Assembly (NCBI RefSeq): GCF_006345805.1 | Contig: NW_021829662.1 | Span: 1-32,431 of the forward strand | Origin: Octopus sinensis | Lineage: Eukaryota | Reading direction: 5' to 3' | DNA length: 32,431 nt | Shown here: piece after piece, positions 12,001 to 25,142 of the stretch | How positions within the stretch are numbered: position 1 is the first letter of the stretch | Layout: each line of letters opens with the position of its first letter | The notes under the pieces: generated by a model | Database searches by the model: none | What the model was told of the DNA's origin: nothing | Seen by the model: the letters and a program-made list of their open reading frames with translations, nothing else | Position numbers and translations under genes: made by a program

Positions 12001-15000
12001 ACACAAAAAACCCCAACATCACACTAGCATCCTCAACATAAAACCAGAACTCTCAACATCACACCAGCACCCCCAACATCACAATAGCACTACCAACATC
12101 ATACCAGCACTCCGAACATCACACTATTATCCCCAACATCACACCGGCACTCTCAACATAACACTAGCATCCCCAAACTCACAGCAGCACCCCCAACATC
12201 ACACCAGCACTCTCAACATCACACTAGCACACCCAACATCACACCAGTACTCTCAACATCAAAGTAGCACCTCTAGAATCACGCCAGAACTCTCAACATC
12301 ACACTAGCACCCCCAACATCACACCAGCACCCCCAACATCACACGAGCACTCTCAACATCACACTAGCACCCCCAACATCACACCAGCACTCTGAACATC
12401 ACAATATCATCCCCAACATCACACCAGCACTCCCAAATTCACACTAGCACCCCCAATATTACACTAGCACACTCAACATTACACCAGCACCCCCAACATC
12501 ACACCAGCAGCCCCAACATCACACTAGCACCCCCGACATCACACTACCGACCCCGACCTCACAACAACACGCCAACATTACACAAGCACCCCTAATTTCA
12601 CGCCAGCAACTCTCACAATCACCCCCATTACACAAGCACCCCCAATATCACACAAGCACTCTCACAATCACACCATTACCCCCAACATCATACCATCATC
12701 CTTAACATCACACCAGCATTCACATCAGCACAACACCACCCCCAACATCACACCAGCACCCCCCAACATCACGCAAGCACCGCCAACATCATACTAGCAC
12801 TCTCCATATCACACCAGCACCCCCAACATCACAACAGCAACCACGACATCACAACAGCACCCCCAACATCACACCAGCAACCCAGACATCACTAAAGCAC
12901 CCCAACATCACACCAGCACCCCCAACATCACACTAGCAATCCCGATATCACAACAGCACTCTCAAAATCACACCAGAAACCCCAACATCACAACAGGAAC
13001 CTTAACATCACACCAGAAACCCCCAACATCACACCAGCACCCCCAACATCACACCAGCCTCTCCCCACTATATTACACCAGCACCCTCAACATCACAGCA
13101 GCAAACTCGACATCACAACAGCACCCCCAATATCCCCACTATCACCAACACCCCCACTATCACAACAGCACCCCCAACAACACACCAGCAACCCCGACTT
13201 CATAACAGTAACTTGAACATCACACCAGCACCCCCAACATCACAACAGCACCCCCAATATCACACCAGCAACCCTGACATCACAACAGTACCCCCAACAT
13301 CACGCTAGCACATCCGACATCACAACAGCACACCCAACTCACACAAGAACTGCCAGCATCACACAAGCACTCTCCCTATCTCACCAGCAACCCCCAACAT
13401 GAAAACCAGCACCACCAACAATACACCAGCACACCCAAAATCGCATCAGCACCCCCAACATCACACCAGTACGCCCAACATCACAACAGCACCCCCAACA
13501 TCACACCAGCACCCCCAACATCACACTAGCACCCCCAACATCACACCAGCACCCCCAACATCACAACAGTACCCCCAACATCACACCAGCACCCCCAACA
13601 TCACACCAGCACCCCCAACATCACAACAGTACCCCCAACATCACACCAGCAACCCCAACATCACACCAGCACATCCAACATCACAACAGCACCCCCAACA
13701 TCACACCAGCACCCTCAACATCACACCAGCACACCCAACATCACACCAGCACACCCAAAATCACACCAGCACCCCCAACATCACAACAGCAACCCCAACA
13801 TCACAACAGCACCCCCAACATCACAATAGCACCCCCAAAATCACACCAGCACCCCCAAAATCACACCAGCACCCCGAACATCACACAAGCACTCTCAACA
13901 TCACAAAAGCACCCCAACATCACACCAGCACCCCCAACATCACACCAGCACCTCGAATATCACACAAGCACTCTCAACATCACAACAGCACCCCCAACAT
14001 CACACCAGCAACCCCAACATCACAACGGTACCCCTAACATCACACCACCACATCCAACATCACACCAGCACACCCAACATCACACCAGCACCCCCAACAT
14101 CACAACAGCACCCCAAACATCACACCAGCAACCCCAACATCACATTGGTACCCCTAACATCACACCACCACATCCAACATCACACCAGCACACTCAACAT
14201 CACACCAGCACCACCAACATCACACCAGCACCCCGAACATCACACAAGCACTCTCAACATCACAACAACACCCCCAACATCACACCAGAATCCCCGACAT
14301 CACAGCAGCACACCCAACATCTCACCAGCACTCCCAACATCACACCAGCAACCCCGACATCACAACAGCACCCCCAAAATCACACCAGCACCCCCAAAAT
14401 CACACCAGCACCCTCAACATAACACCAGCACCCCCAACATCACTCCAGCACCCCCAAATATCACACCAGCACCCCCAACATTACACTAGCTCTCTCAAAA
14501 CCACATCATGACCCCAACATCACGCCAGCAACCGCAATATCACAACAGTACTCCCTACATCACTTAAGCACCCCCAATATCACACAATCACCCCCATATT
14601 CACACTAGCACCCCCAACATCGTACCAGCAACCCCAACATTACACCACCACCCCCAACATCAAACTAGGACTCCCAACATCACACCAGCTCTCTCAAAAT
14701 CACACCAGCTTCCGCATCTTCACAATAGTACCCCCAACATCACATCACGCAAGCACTCCCAACATCACAGCAACATCTGCAACATCACAAGAGTACACAC
14801 AACATCACACCAGCACCCCCAAAATCATACGAGAACCCCCATCATCACAACCACACATCCAACATCACACCAGCACACACAACAACCGCTAACATCACAC
14901 CAGCACCTCCATCATCACTCCAGCACCCCCAACATCACACCAGAACCTCCAACATCACAGCAGCGCCCCCAACATTACACAAGCACCTCCCACATCACAA

Positions 15001-15670
15001 CAGCACCCCCAACATCACTACAGCACTCGCAACATCACACCAGCACCTACAACATCATACCAGCATCTCCAACATCACAACAGCACCCCCAACATCATAA
15101 CAGCACTCCCAATATCACAACAGCGCCCCAAAAATCATACCAGAACCTTCAACATCACAACAGCACACCCAACATCACATCAGCACCCACAACATCATAC
15201 CAGAACCGCTAACATCACACCGGCACCCCCAACATCACAACAGCACCTCCGACATCACACCATCACCTCCAACAACACACCAGCACCCCCAAAATCACAC
15301 GGGCACCCCAACATCACACCAGCACCACCACCAACATCACACCAGCAACCACCAACATCACACCAGCACCCCCAACATCACACCAGCACCCCAACATCAC
15401 ACAAGCACCCCCAACGTCACAACAGCACCTCCAACATCACACCAGCTCTCCCAGCATCACACTAGCACCCCCAACATCATACCAGTACCCACAACGTCAC
15501 ACTAGCACCCCCAACGTCACAACAGCACCCCCAACATCATACCAGCTCCCCCAACATCACACCAGCACCCCTAGCATCACACCAGCACACCCAATATCAC
15601 ACCAGCACCCCAACATCACATCAGCACCCCCGATACCACAACAGCACCCCCAACATCACACCAGCTCCTC
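6060..15670. repeat. ~20-bp CA-rich minisatellite (consensus CAACATCACACCAGCACCCC), about 9.6 kb
   Basis: AACATCAC recurs every 19-21 bp throughout; top strand very G-poor; degenerate CA-rich flanks extend to about 5760 and 17040. Confidence 0.97.
6100..6925. repeat. 137-bp higher-order repeat (7 monomers) x6 within the minisatellite
   Basis: Marker GTCATACCGGAACGACC at 6125, 6262, 6398, 6535, 6672 and 6809. Confidence 0.92.
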
Positions 15671-16287
15671 CAACATCATCATCAGAGAAACAGCCCCACC
15701 ATATCAACATCATAACTGTAACTCCCCAATATCAGCATCGCAACAATAGTATCTCATATGCAGCATCACAATAGTGCCACATCAAAATTTACTGCTCACC
15801 AGCATCAGCAATACAATGCTAGCAACCCAGCATCAACTTAACAATGTCAGCTTCCCAACATGAACTTCACTACAGTAGCATCCAACATCAACATCACAAC
15901 ACTAGACCCCTCAACATCAGCTTTACTACAGCAGCATCCCAACGTCAACATCGCAAAAGCAGCTTCCTAACATCGACATCACAACAGAAATGCAACATCT
16001 GCATCACAGCAGCAGCATTCTACTATCAACAACACAACGCCAGCACGCCAACATCAGCATCGCAACCCCAGCACTCCGACGCCAACATATTAATAATTGC
16101 CGACCCGAAGTCAACATCACAACAGCCGCATCTCAAAATCTAATTCATAACATCAGCATTACAACAACAGCTCTCCAGCATCAGCACCACAACAGCTGCA
16201 AATCAAACATCAGCATCACAACATCAACATCAGATCAGCAATACCCCAGCATGAACATTACTAAAGTAGCTCCACAGCATCAACATC

Positions 16288-16590
16288 ACAACTCCACCAT
16301 GCCAGCATCAACATTACAACTCCACCATGCCAGCATCAACTTCACAACTCCACCATGCCAGCATCAACTTCACAACTCCACCATGCCAGCATCAACTTCA
16401 CAACTCCACCATGCCAGCATCAACTTCACAACTCCACCATGCCAGCATCAACTTCACAACTCCACCATGCCAGCATCAACATCACAACTCCACCATGCCA
16501 GCATCAACATTACAACTCCACCATGCCAGCATCAACATCACAACTCCACCATGCCAGCATCAACTTCACAACTCCACCATGCCAGCCTCA
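16288..16590. repeat. 28-bp tandem repeat (CAACTCCACCATGCCAGCATCAACTTCA), about 10 copies
   Basis: ACTCCACC at 16291, 16319 and onward with period 28. Confidence 0.93.
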
Positions 16591-17283
16591 AACATCATCA
16601 CAGCAGCATTCCGTCGTCAACATTTCAACAGCTGCACTTCAACATTATCATCGTAACAACAGCAGCACCCAACAGCAACAGTGCAGGAGCAACTCCCCAT
16701 CACAACAGTACCACTCCAACATCAGCAACACAACAGCAGCTGCCCAAACATCAACAGCTCACCAGCAGCAGCAGGCCGACATCAATGTCACAACGGCTGC
16801 ACCCCAACATCAACATCACACCATTAATAACTAATAAACCCACAATCCCACAACAAAAAATATCAACACATCAGTAATATAGAAGCATAACATCAGTATT
16901 ATAACAACACTACAACAGCCATACAGCAACAGCAACGCCGTAGCATGAACATCACCACATCAACACCATATCAGCCATAGCACAAATGCAACAAGGGTTG
17001 TCTTCACAATGTCACGATATCAACAATGCAAAAGAACAACATTATATCAATTATGAAAATTATAATTTCCAAAAACCAAATAAATCCAGGGTCTGAGAAA
17101 AGTCCTACACAGACATTTATAACATCTAGTGTCTGGAAGAATCGTTACCCTCACAAAGAAATTAAACAGCGTGGTCGCTAAACATTCTAGAAATAGCAAA
17201 CACACCTCCTTCAAATTGGACCCTATCATCTTAACAGTGGAAGAGCATATAGGCTAAAGCTGTCGTAGTTACCTCTTAGACTC

Positions 17284-17465
17284 CATATCAGGACAATTAC
17301 ACCCCCACCTAGGACAACTACCCCCCTAGGACAATTGTCCAGTTTGGTTAATTACTCCCTCTCCAATATATTAAGAAGTTTTAAATCATCATCTCTTGTC
17401 CTCGGGAGGTAATTGTCCTTGGGCAGGGGTTATATTCCATGGGTGGGGGTTAATGTCCTAGATTC
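17284..17465. mobile_element. Small MITE-like element with GGACAATT/AATTGTCC subterminal motifs
   Basis: Flanking direct repeat CTTAGACTC at 17275-17283 and 17466-17474; left GGACAATTAC(A)CCCC motifs mirrored by right GGGGGTTAATGTCC and GGTAATTGTCC. Confidence 0.65.
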
Positions 17466-17637
17466 CTTAGACTCATCTTAAACATTCTTAAACATAAATT
17501 CTACCAATGACCTCACTGACATGACCTAAAAACCCTTTAAACACTAACTCTTCGACCATCGTCAATGACATATCGCAATATCCATTAAGCACTAATTCTA
17601 CCCCCAAATAATATTGCTGTTAGAATACTACTACAAC

Positions 17638-18270
17638 CAGGGCCGTCTTATGCCCCCCGGGCAAATCAATAATATCTATTTGCTATCAGCAAACCCCAGC
17701 ATACATAGATCAGAATTGGGCCCCTACACTTGTTAGGCCTCTAAGCAAATCACTGCACCGGGCCCTATAGCACTTATTTATTGACAGAAAGCTACAGCAT
17801 ACATAGTTCAAATTGGGCACCTAGCCCCGTGTGGCCCTCGGGCACATCAATGTGCTGGGCCCTAAAGCACTTATTTATTGACAGCAAGCCACAGAATACA
17901 TAGTTCAAAATTGGGTCCCTAGCCTTGTGACGCCCCCGGGCAAATCAGTGCGCTGGGCCCTATAGCACTTATTTATTGACAGAAAGCCATAGCATATATA
18001 GTTCAAAATTGGGCTCCTAGCCCCGTGTGGCCCTCGGGCACATCAATGTGCTGGGCCCTATAGCATTTATTTATTGAAAGCAAGCCACAGCACACATAGT
18101 CCAAAATTGGGCCCCTAGCCCTGTGACGCCCCCGGGCAAATCAGTGCTCTGGGCCCTATAGCATTTATTTACTGACAGCAAGCCGTAACATACATAGTCC
18201 AAAATTAGGCCCTAGGACCCGTAATTTCTCTGGGCAACAGTTCTGTGTGCCCATTCTTAAGAAGGGGTTG
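17638..18270. mobile_element. Non-autonomous hAT-like DNA transposon with internal 98-bp tandem repeats
   Basis: Perfect 8-bp TSD ACTACAAC at 17630-17637 and 18271-18278; starts CAGGGCCGTCTTA; degenerate right TIR CTTAAGAAGGGGTTG; GGGCCCTA markers at 17760, 17857, 17955, 18053 and 18151. Confidence 0.78.
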
Positions 18271-18490
18271 ACTACAACACTAGAGAGAACACCTCTACCT
18301 CACTCCCTTAACCCTACTATACAATACAAATACAATAAACATTAATTATAACAATCAGCCTCATAGACACACCCTAAGAATCTTAAAATCACTAATTCAA
18401 CCCAGCACCCTCATAAACATACCCTAAAAGTCCTATACACAGTCATTCTAACAATGATTGCCATCCATGCCCTAAAAATCTTTCTTATAA

Positions 18491-18876
18491 TAGGAGCACT
18501 CCGTCGGTTGCGACGATGAAGGTCCCAGCTGATACGATCAACGGAACAGCTTGCTCGTGATATTAACGTGAAAGTGGCTGAGCACTCCACAGACACGTGT
18601 ACCCTTAACGTAGTTCTCGGGGAGATTCAGCGTGACACAGAGTGTGACAAGGCTGGCCCTTTGAAATACAGGTACAACAGAAACACGAAGAAAGAGTGAG
18701 AGAAAGTTGTGATGAAAGAGTACAGCAGGGATCACCACCATCCCCTGCCGGAGCCACGTGGAGCTTTTTAGGTGTTTTCGCTCAATAAACACTCACAACG
18801 CCCGATCTGGGAATCGAAACCGCGATCCTCAGACCGTGAGTCCGCTGCCCTAACCACTGGGCCATTGCGCCTCCAC
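18491..18876 (-). mobile_element. SINE family A, full length with 11-bp TSD
   Basis: CTTTCTTATAA at 18480-18490 and 18877-18887; A and B boxes intact. Confidence 0.95.
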
Positions 18877-19074
18877 CTTTCTTATAAACACCAAGTCTAA
18901 CCAATCATCCTTATACACACACTCCAGAACTCTTAAATCTTTAATTCTATCAAATATCCCCATAGACGCACGTTATGTCGCACGTTCGGATGCTTTCTAC
19001 TCAACCCTTCTCTGACTGCTGCCCAGCTGTGCTCCTGACGTCTAGGCTTCTCCCTCGATATCTACGTATTGGAC

Positions 19075-19431
19075 AAGGCGGCGAGCTGGCAGAAACGTTA
19101 GCGCGCCGGGCGAAATGCTTAGCGGTATTTCGTCTGTCCTTGTGTTCTGAGTTCAAATACCGCCGAGGTCGACTTTGCCCCTCATCCTTTCGGGGTCGAT
19201 AAATTAAGTACCAGTTACGCACTGGTGTCGATGTAATCGACTTAATACCTATGTCTGTCCTTGTTTGTCCCCTCTGTGTTTAGCCCCTTGTGGGTAATAA
19301 AGAAATAGGTATTTCGTCTGTCCTTGTGTTCTGAGTTCAAATTCCGCCGAAGTCGATTTTGGCCCTCATCCTTTCGGGGTCGATAAATAAATTACCAGTT
19401 TCGCACTGGGGTCGATTTAATCGACTTAATC
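19075..19431 (+). mobile_element. SINE family E: head plus about two tandem 184-bp bodies
   Basis: Head AAGGCGGCGAGCTGGCAGAAACGTTAGC, B-box-like GAGTTCAAAT; body restarts GGTATTTCGTCTG at 19124 and 19308; core CCTTTCATCCTTTCGGGGTCGATAAATTAAGTACC resembles the Deu/Nin SINE domain (from memory, unverified). Confidence 0.88.
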
Positions 19432-19638
19432 CCTACCTGGGAACCCAATCAGTCCTCGATAAATTGCAATGACTACAAAAAGGAAACATGACATAACTCG
19501 CAGCCAAGCAACATCCAATTCAGATGCTTCACAAAACGCCGCACTACATTCCAAAACATTACAACAACACTACAGCAAAACAGGACAGTACTATAACATC
19601 CCGGGTCACAATAACCCCAAAATACTAATACAATATTC

Positions 19639-20036
19639 GGATCTTTTCGGTTTGAACGGCAGTTTTTAACATAATTTCTAACTAAAAAATTTTAAACTTC
19701 GTATACTGGTAGAATGTGTTTATAAAACATCTTTTTCTCTTGGCTTTATTGAGAAAATTCTATAGTTTGTAAGATTTTTTTTTTTAATTTCTGCAATTTC
19801 AACCAATCAGTGACGTCTATTGAGTTAAAAAGCATTCTGTGCCGTATGAATATGTCCCTCGTTTAAGAAACAGATTGGGTTTATTTACATTTGTGAAGAA
19901 AAAAAGATACCCTTCCCCCCCACCCCTAACCCTAAAACAGATTGAAATGCAATAGATCGATTCTAGGGTCATAATTATGGCTGACAATTTCATATGACAC
20001 CGCTAGAAAAAACTGCCGTTCAAACCGAAAAGATCC
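19639..20036. mobile_element. MITE with perfect 29-bp TIRs
   Basis: GGATCTTTTCGGTTTGAACGGCAGTTTTT (19639-19667) and its exact reverse complement (20008-20036); flanks CAATATTC / CAATATTT (7/8 TSD). Confidence 0.88.
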
Positions 20037-20409
20037 CAATATTTCTCCAGAGCATCCCTATAAACATCTTTAAAACACTGCTGTAATACTCCATCTCCAC
20101 CACTGCCAGAATGCTACTAGAATACAACAGCTCATTGTAACAACACTACACAACATTACTGCAACACTGCAGATCACAGCAGACTCCCAGATACTAGTGT
20201 TGCTTTATAGAGGCTGAATCGCTACGATATTCAGCGACATCTGCTCGGCGGTGGTCTATGTAAATGGCCAGCTATCGTCTTCGTTTAGGTCTGTCAATGA
20301 CGACCACTGTCACCCCTTCTGTACGTGCTGGCTCTTGAGCCATTGCTATGGAAGCTGAAAGATTCGAAGGGCTGTAGGCCTGCAGGCAAATCAATGCACT
20401 AGGCCCTAA

Positions 20410-20694
20410 GGTAAAGACCCTCTTCGGTCATGTATGACCATGGAATTGTGACTAGAACGTTACCCTCCGAGGCACAATTCTGGGCAAGGTTGTTCATAGA
20501 GGACTAGCAGCCGCCATGCATGCCAGCCTTCGCTCTCCACGCCGCCAGTGTTATCCAAGGGAAAGGCAAAGGGGCCGATACAGCTTGGCACCAGTGACAT
20601 CACAACTCATTTCTGCAGCTGAGTTAACTGGAGCAATGTGAAATAAAGTGTCTTGCTCAAGAACACAACACGCACCCCAGTCAGAAAATCGAAC
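20410..20694 (-). mobile_element. SINE family C lacking the A-box end
   Basis: Matches 4840-5000 and 1031-1160 in reverse complement. Confidence 0.82.
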
Positions 20695-20859
20695 AGAAGC
20701 CAATCTTCTGTTAACATCTCCTGAACAACTGATGTCCGCTACTATACACACATTCTTTTTCTGTTCCCTAATTACTTACTTAAGCCTTCCACTCACTATG
20801 CAGCATAGGGCCAATGATGACGTTTATCCACAGTTCTAAACTCTGAACTGTTCTTTCTT

Positions 20860-20997
20860 CTTCCCTTTATCGACTTCGAAAGGAAGAGAAGTAAAGTCGA
20901 CCCCCACCGGCATATGAATCCAGAACGTAAAGACGGGCGAGATGTCGCTAAGCATTTTGCCAGGCGTGCTATCCATTCTTCCAAACCCACCGCCTTT
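20860..20997 (-). mobile_element. Old diverged SINE family E fragment
   Basis: TTTATCGACTTCGAAAGG..AAAGTCGAC..GCTAAGCATTTTGCCAGGCGTGCTA matches E in reverse complement. Confidence 0.62.
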
Positions 20998-21438
20998 TGC
21001 CAGCTGATGCCTCACTTGCATTATATAATATTTAGGCCAATATATCGTACCTTAAAGGTTGAGAGTTTCGTGATGACATTTTAGGACATCTCCTTACGAT
21101 ATGGGCCGTATACTCGGTGTTAATTCCACCGTAATCAAACCTGGATGTTTTGTTTTTATCCTTATCTCTTTAGTGCATCAAGTATTTCATTCATTGCGAA
21201 AGTCTAAACTTTCAAAGTGAAAGCTTATATACTGGTTGTTGGCCCAAGATAGTCTACTCTGCATGTTGCTATCGCTTTGAAGTTTACTGACAACGTAAAT
21301 ATGCATGGTCCTCGGCTGATAAGCATGCATGTATATGTGTGACATCGTTTAGTTTTATTTCAAGATTTCTTACCAATTGAGCAAGATCCAGTTTCTAACC
21401 TAGGTCCAAGGCTCCTTGGAATTTCAACAGCAACAGCA

Positions 21439-21856
21439 GTGGAGGCACAATGGCCCAGTGGTTAGGGCAGCGGACTCGCGGTCGGAGGAGCGCGGTTTCG
21501 ATTCCCAGACCCGGGCGTTGTGTGTGTTTATTGAACGAAAACACCTAAAGCTCCACAAGGCTCCAGCAGGGGGGGGGTGATCCTTGTTGTATTCTTTCGA
21601 CTTTCGACTTTCGCTCCAACTTTCTCTCACTCTTTCTTCCTGCTTCTTGTCCCTGACTTCCTACGCAACCGCTGAGCCTGGATGCGCATCCGTCCATCCG
21701 TCGATGCTCTCGGTGTCGGGGGTTGACCTGCTTTCTCTTCTGCGGGTCTTACGAATAGCAAAGGACCACGTTTCGGACTTCTCCCACTACAGACTATCCC
21801 GAGGCGCGATCTTGCGAGCTCTGGGACGAAGACCGCTTCGCTCAACAAACAAACAC
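21439..21856 (+). mobile_element. SINE with family A head and a different GC-rich 3' tail ending (CAAA)n
   Basis: A-type head to about 21647, then unrelated sequence; TSD CAACAGCA at 21431-21438 and 21857-21864; empty-site homolog at 22642-22750. Confidence 0.85.
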
Positions 21857-21891
21857 CAACAGCATATTTTTGTATGTATGTGGATGGATGG

Positions 21892-22265
21892 AAGCACTCC
21901 GTCGGTTACGACGATGAGGGTTCCGGTTGATCCGAATCAACGGAACAGCCTGCCCGTGAAATTAACGTGTAAGTGGCTGAGCAATCCACAGACACGTGTA
22001 CCCTTAACGTAGTTCTCGGGGATATTCAGCGTGACACAGAGAGTGACAAGGCCGGCCCTTTGAAATACAGGTACAACAGAAACAGGAAGTAAGAGTGAGA
22101 GAAAGTTGTGGTGAAAGAGTACAGCAGGGATCACCACCATCCCCTGCCGGAGCCTCGTGCAGCTTTAGGTGTTTTCGCTCAATAAACACTCACAACGCCC
22201 GGTCTGGGAATCGAAACCGCGATCTTAGGACCGCGAGTCCGCTGCCCTAACCACTGGGCCATTGC
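21892..22265 (-). mobile_element. SINE family A, missing about 8 nt at the 5' end
   Basis: Near-identical to 18491-18876. Confidence 0.92.
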
Positions 22266-22641
22266 AGACGTGTATGTTTTGTTTTATGTATGTAGTCTCG
22301 TGCGTATACATGCATATCTAGACGTGTTCATATGTATGTAATGATAAACTTCTGGAAGATTTTACAGATTTTTACAGTTCCAGTAATGGCTTGGATCATG
22401 TAGTCTTAGAATCAGCTTCCTCCTGCCTGGTTTTGAGAAGATTGGTATCTAGACTGTGTGTTACATATCCCAGGGTCTCGTAATTACAGGTATGAACCCG
22501 AACTTGTAATTTGGAAAGAGTAACTGCAGATTTCTCAATAATTCAGCATAGGTGTTCTCTTCATCCTTATGTTAACATCCGTTGTATGTACAGTATGTAT
22601 GTATGTATGTATGTATGTATGTATGTATGTATGTATGTATG

Positions 22642-22750
22642 TCATTATTCAGTTTTATTTCAAGATTTCTTGCCAACAGAGAAAGAGCCGGTTTCTAACC
22701 TAGATCCAAGGCTCCTTCATCGGAATTTCAACAACTCAGAGATATTTTTG
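22642..22750 (-). mobile_element. 3' terminal fragment (UTR) of the R4/Dong-like element between (TATG)n tracts
   Basis: Homologous to 21351-21438 and 24620-24720; the 24620-24766 copy links this UTR to the endonuclease C-terminus. Confidence 0.72.
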
Positions 22751-22834
22751 TTTGTATGTATGTATGTATGTATGTATGTATGTATGTATATATACATTTA
22801 TGTATGTATGTATGTATGTATGTATGTATGTATG

Positions 22835-24140
<1,306 letters not shown>

Positions 24141-24415
24141 TGTATGTATGTATGTATGTATGTATGTATGTATGTATGTATGTATGTATGTATGTATGTA
24201 TGGGTGGATGGATGGATGGATGGATGGATGGATGGATGGATGGATGGACGGACGGATGGATGTATGTATGTATGTATGTATGGATGGATGGATCGATGGA
24301 TGGATGGATGGATGCATTTATGCATGTATGTATGTATGTAGGTATGTCTTTGTATGCGTGCGTGCATGCCTGTATGTATGTATGTATGTATGTATGTATG
24401 TATGTATGTATGTAT
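24141..24415. repeat. (TATG)n/(TGGA)n compound microsatellite
   Basis: Directly visible. Confidence 0.95.
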
Positions 24416-24420
24416 ATATA

Positions 24421-24560
24421 TTAGGGAGAGTTTACGAAAAAGACAAAAGAGAGAAGACAGGTGGTGTACAAAACAAACAGATGTATTAGTATAACGCTCA
24501 GGAATAGAAAAAGTCTTTTACGTTTCGAACCTACGCTCTTCTACAGAAAAGGGACACAGA
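24421..24560 (-). mobile_element. Possible Penelope-like 3' end with degenerate hammerhead-like motif
   Basis: Minus strand TTTTCTGTAGAAGAGCGTAGGTTCGAAACGTAAAAG, ending CTCTCCCTAA-(TA)n. Confidence 0.4.
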
Positions 24561-24601
<41 letters not shown>

Positions 24602-24619
24602 CGTGTGTGTGTGTGTGTG

Positions 24620-24766
24620 AGTATTCGATTTTATTTCAAGATTTTTTTGCCAATGGAGTAAGATAACCTACATTCACGACTCCTTCGTTGGAATTTCAAT
24701 AACATCAACAGGGTATTATTACAATTCCGTACAGTTCCATTGATGGCTTGAACTTGTAATCTTCTA
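24620..24766 (-). mobile_element. Internally deleted 3' fragment of the R4/Dong-like element
   Basis: ORF track shows RRLQVQAINGTVRNC (compare LRL.IQAITGTVKIC) running into the same UTR end GAAATTCC..AATCTTGAAATAAAA. Confidence 0.75.
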
Positions 24767-25025
24767 TGTATGCATGCATGTATGCATGTATGTATGTATG
24801 TATGTATGTATGTATGCATGTATGTATGTATGCATGTATGCATGTATGTATGCATGAATGTATGTATGCATGCATGTATGCATATATGCATGCATGTATG
24901 CATGTATGTATCTATGCATGTATGCATGTATGCATGTATGTATGTATTCATGTATGCATGTATGTATGTATGTATGTATGTATGTATGTATGTATGTATG
25001 TATGCATGCATGTATGCATGTATGT
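24767..25025. repeat. (TATG)n/(TGCATGTA)n microsatellite
   Basis: Directly visible. Confidence 0.93.
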
Positions 25026-25040
25026 AGATGCATACAAGAC

Positions 25041-25142
25041 TGGCACTCAGTCGGTTACGACGATGTATGATCCAATTGTTCCGATCAACAGAACAGCCTG
25101 CTCGTGAAATTAATGGCTGAACATTCCACAGACACGTGTACC
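25041..25142 (-). mobile_element. SINE A tail fragment
   Basis: TGGCACTCAGTCGGTTACGACGAT..CCACAGACACGTGTACC. Confidence 0.75.

Larger units (their letters stand above)
21345..22584 (-). mobile_element. 5'-truncated R4/Dong-like (restriction-like endonuclease) non-LTR retrotransposon, copy 1, probably interrupted by two SINEs
   Basis: Minus 22584-22340 translates with frameshifts as DVNI..EENTYAELLRNLQLLFPNYKFGFIPVI..LGYVTHSLDTNL..KPGRRKLILRL..IQAITGTVKICKIFQKFII; the 3' UTR end (GAAATCTTGAAATAAAACT) lies at 21351-21438; continuity across the SINEs is inferred. Confidence 0.75.

Noticed and set aside
15844-16877. Overlapping ORFs up to 295 aa with repeated TMPASTSQLHHAS
   Set aside because: The 28-bp repeat is open in all three frames at once and gives the same peptide in each, which is a compositional artefact.
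19922-19934. CCCTAACCCTAA telomeric motif
   Set aside because: Only two units, internal to a MITE, so not an interstitial telomere array.
21439-21520. tRNA-like sequence (also 890-965, 4792-4860, 18800-18876)
   Set aside because: A and B boxes are present, but each runs into a SINE body and I could not fold a complete cloverleaf, so these are SINE heads rather than tRNA genes.
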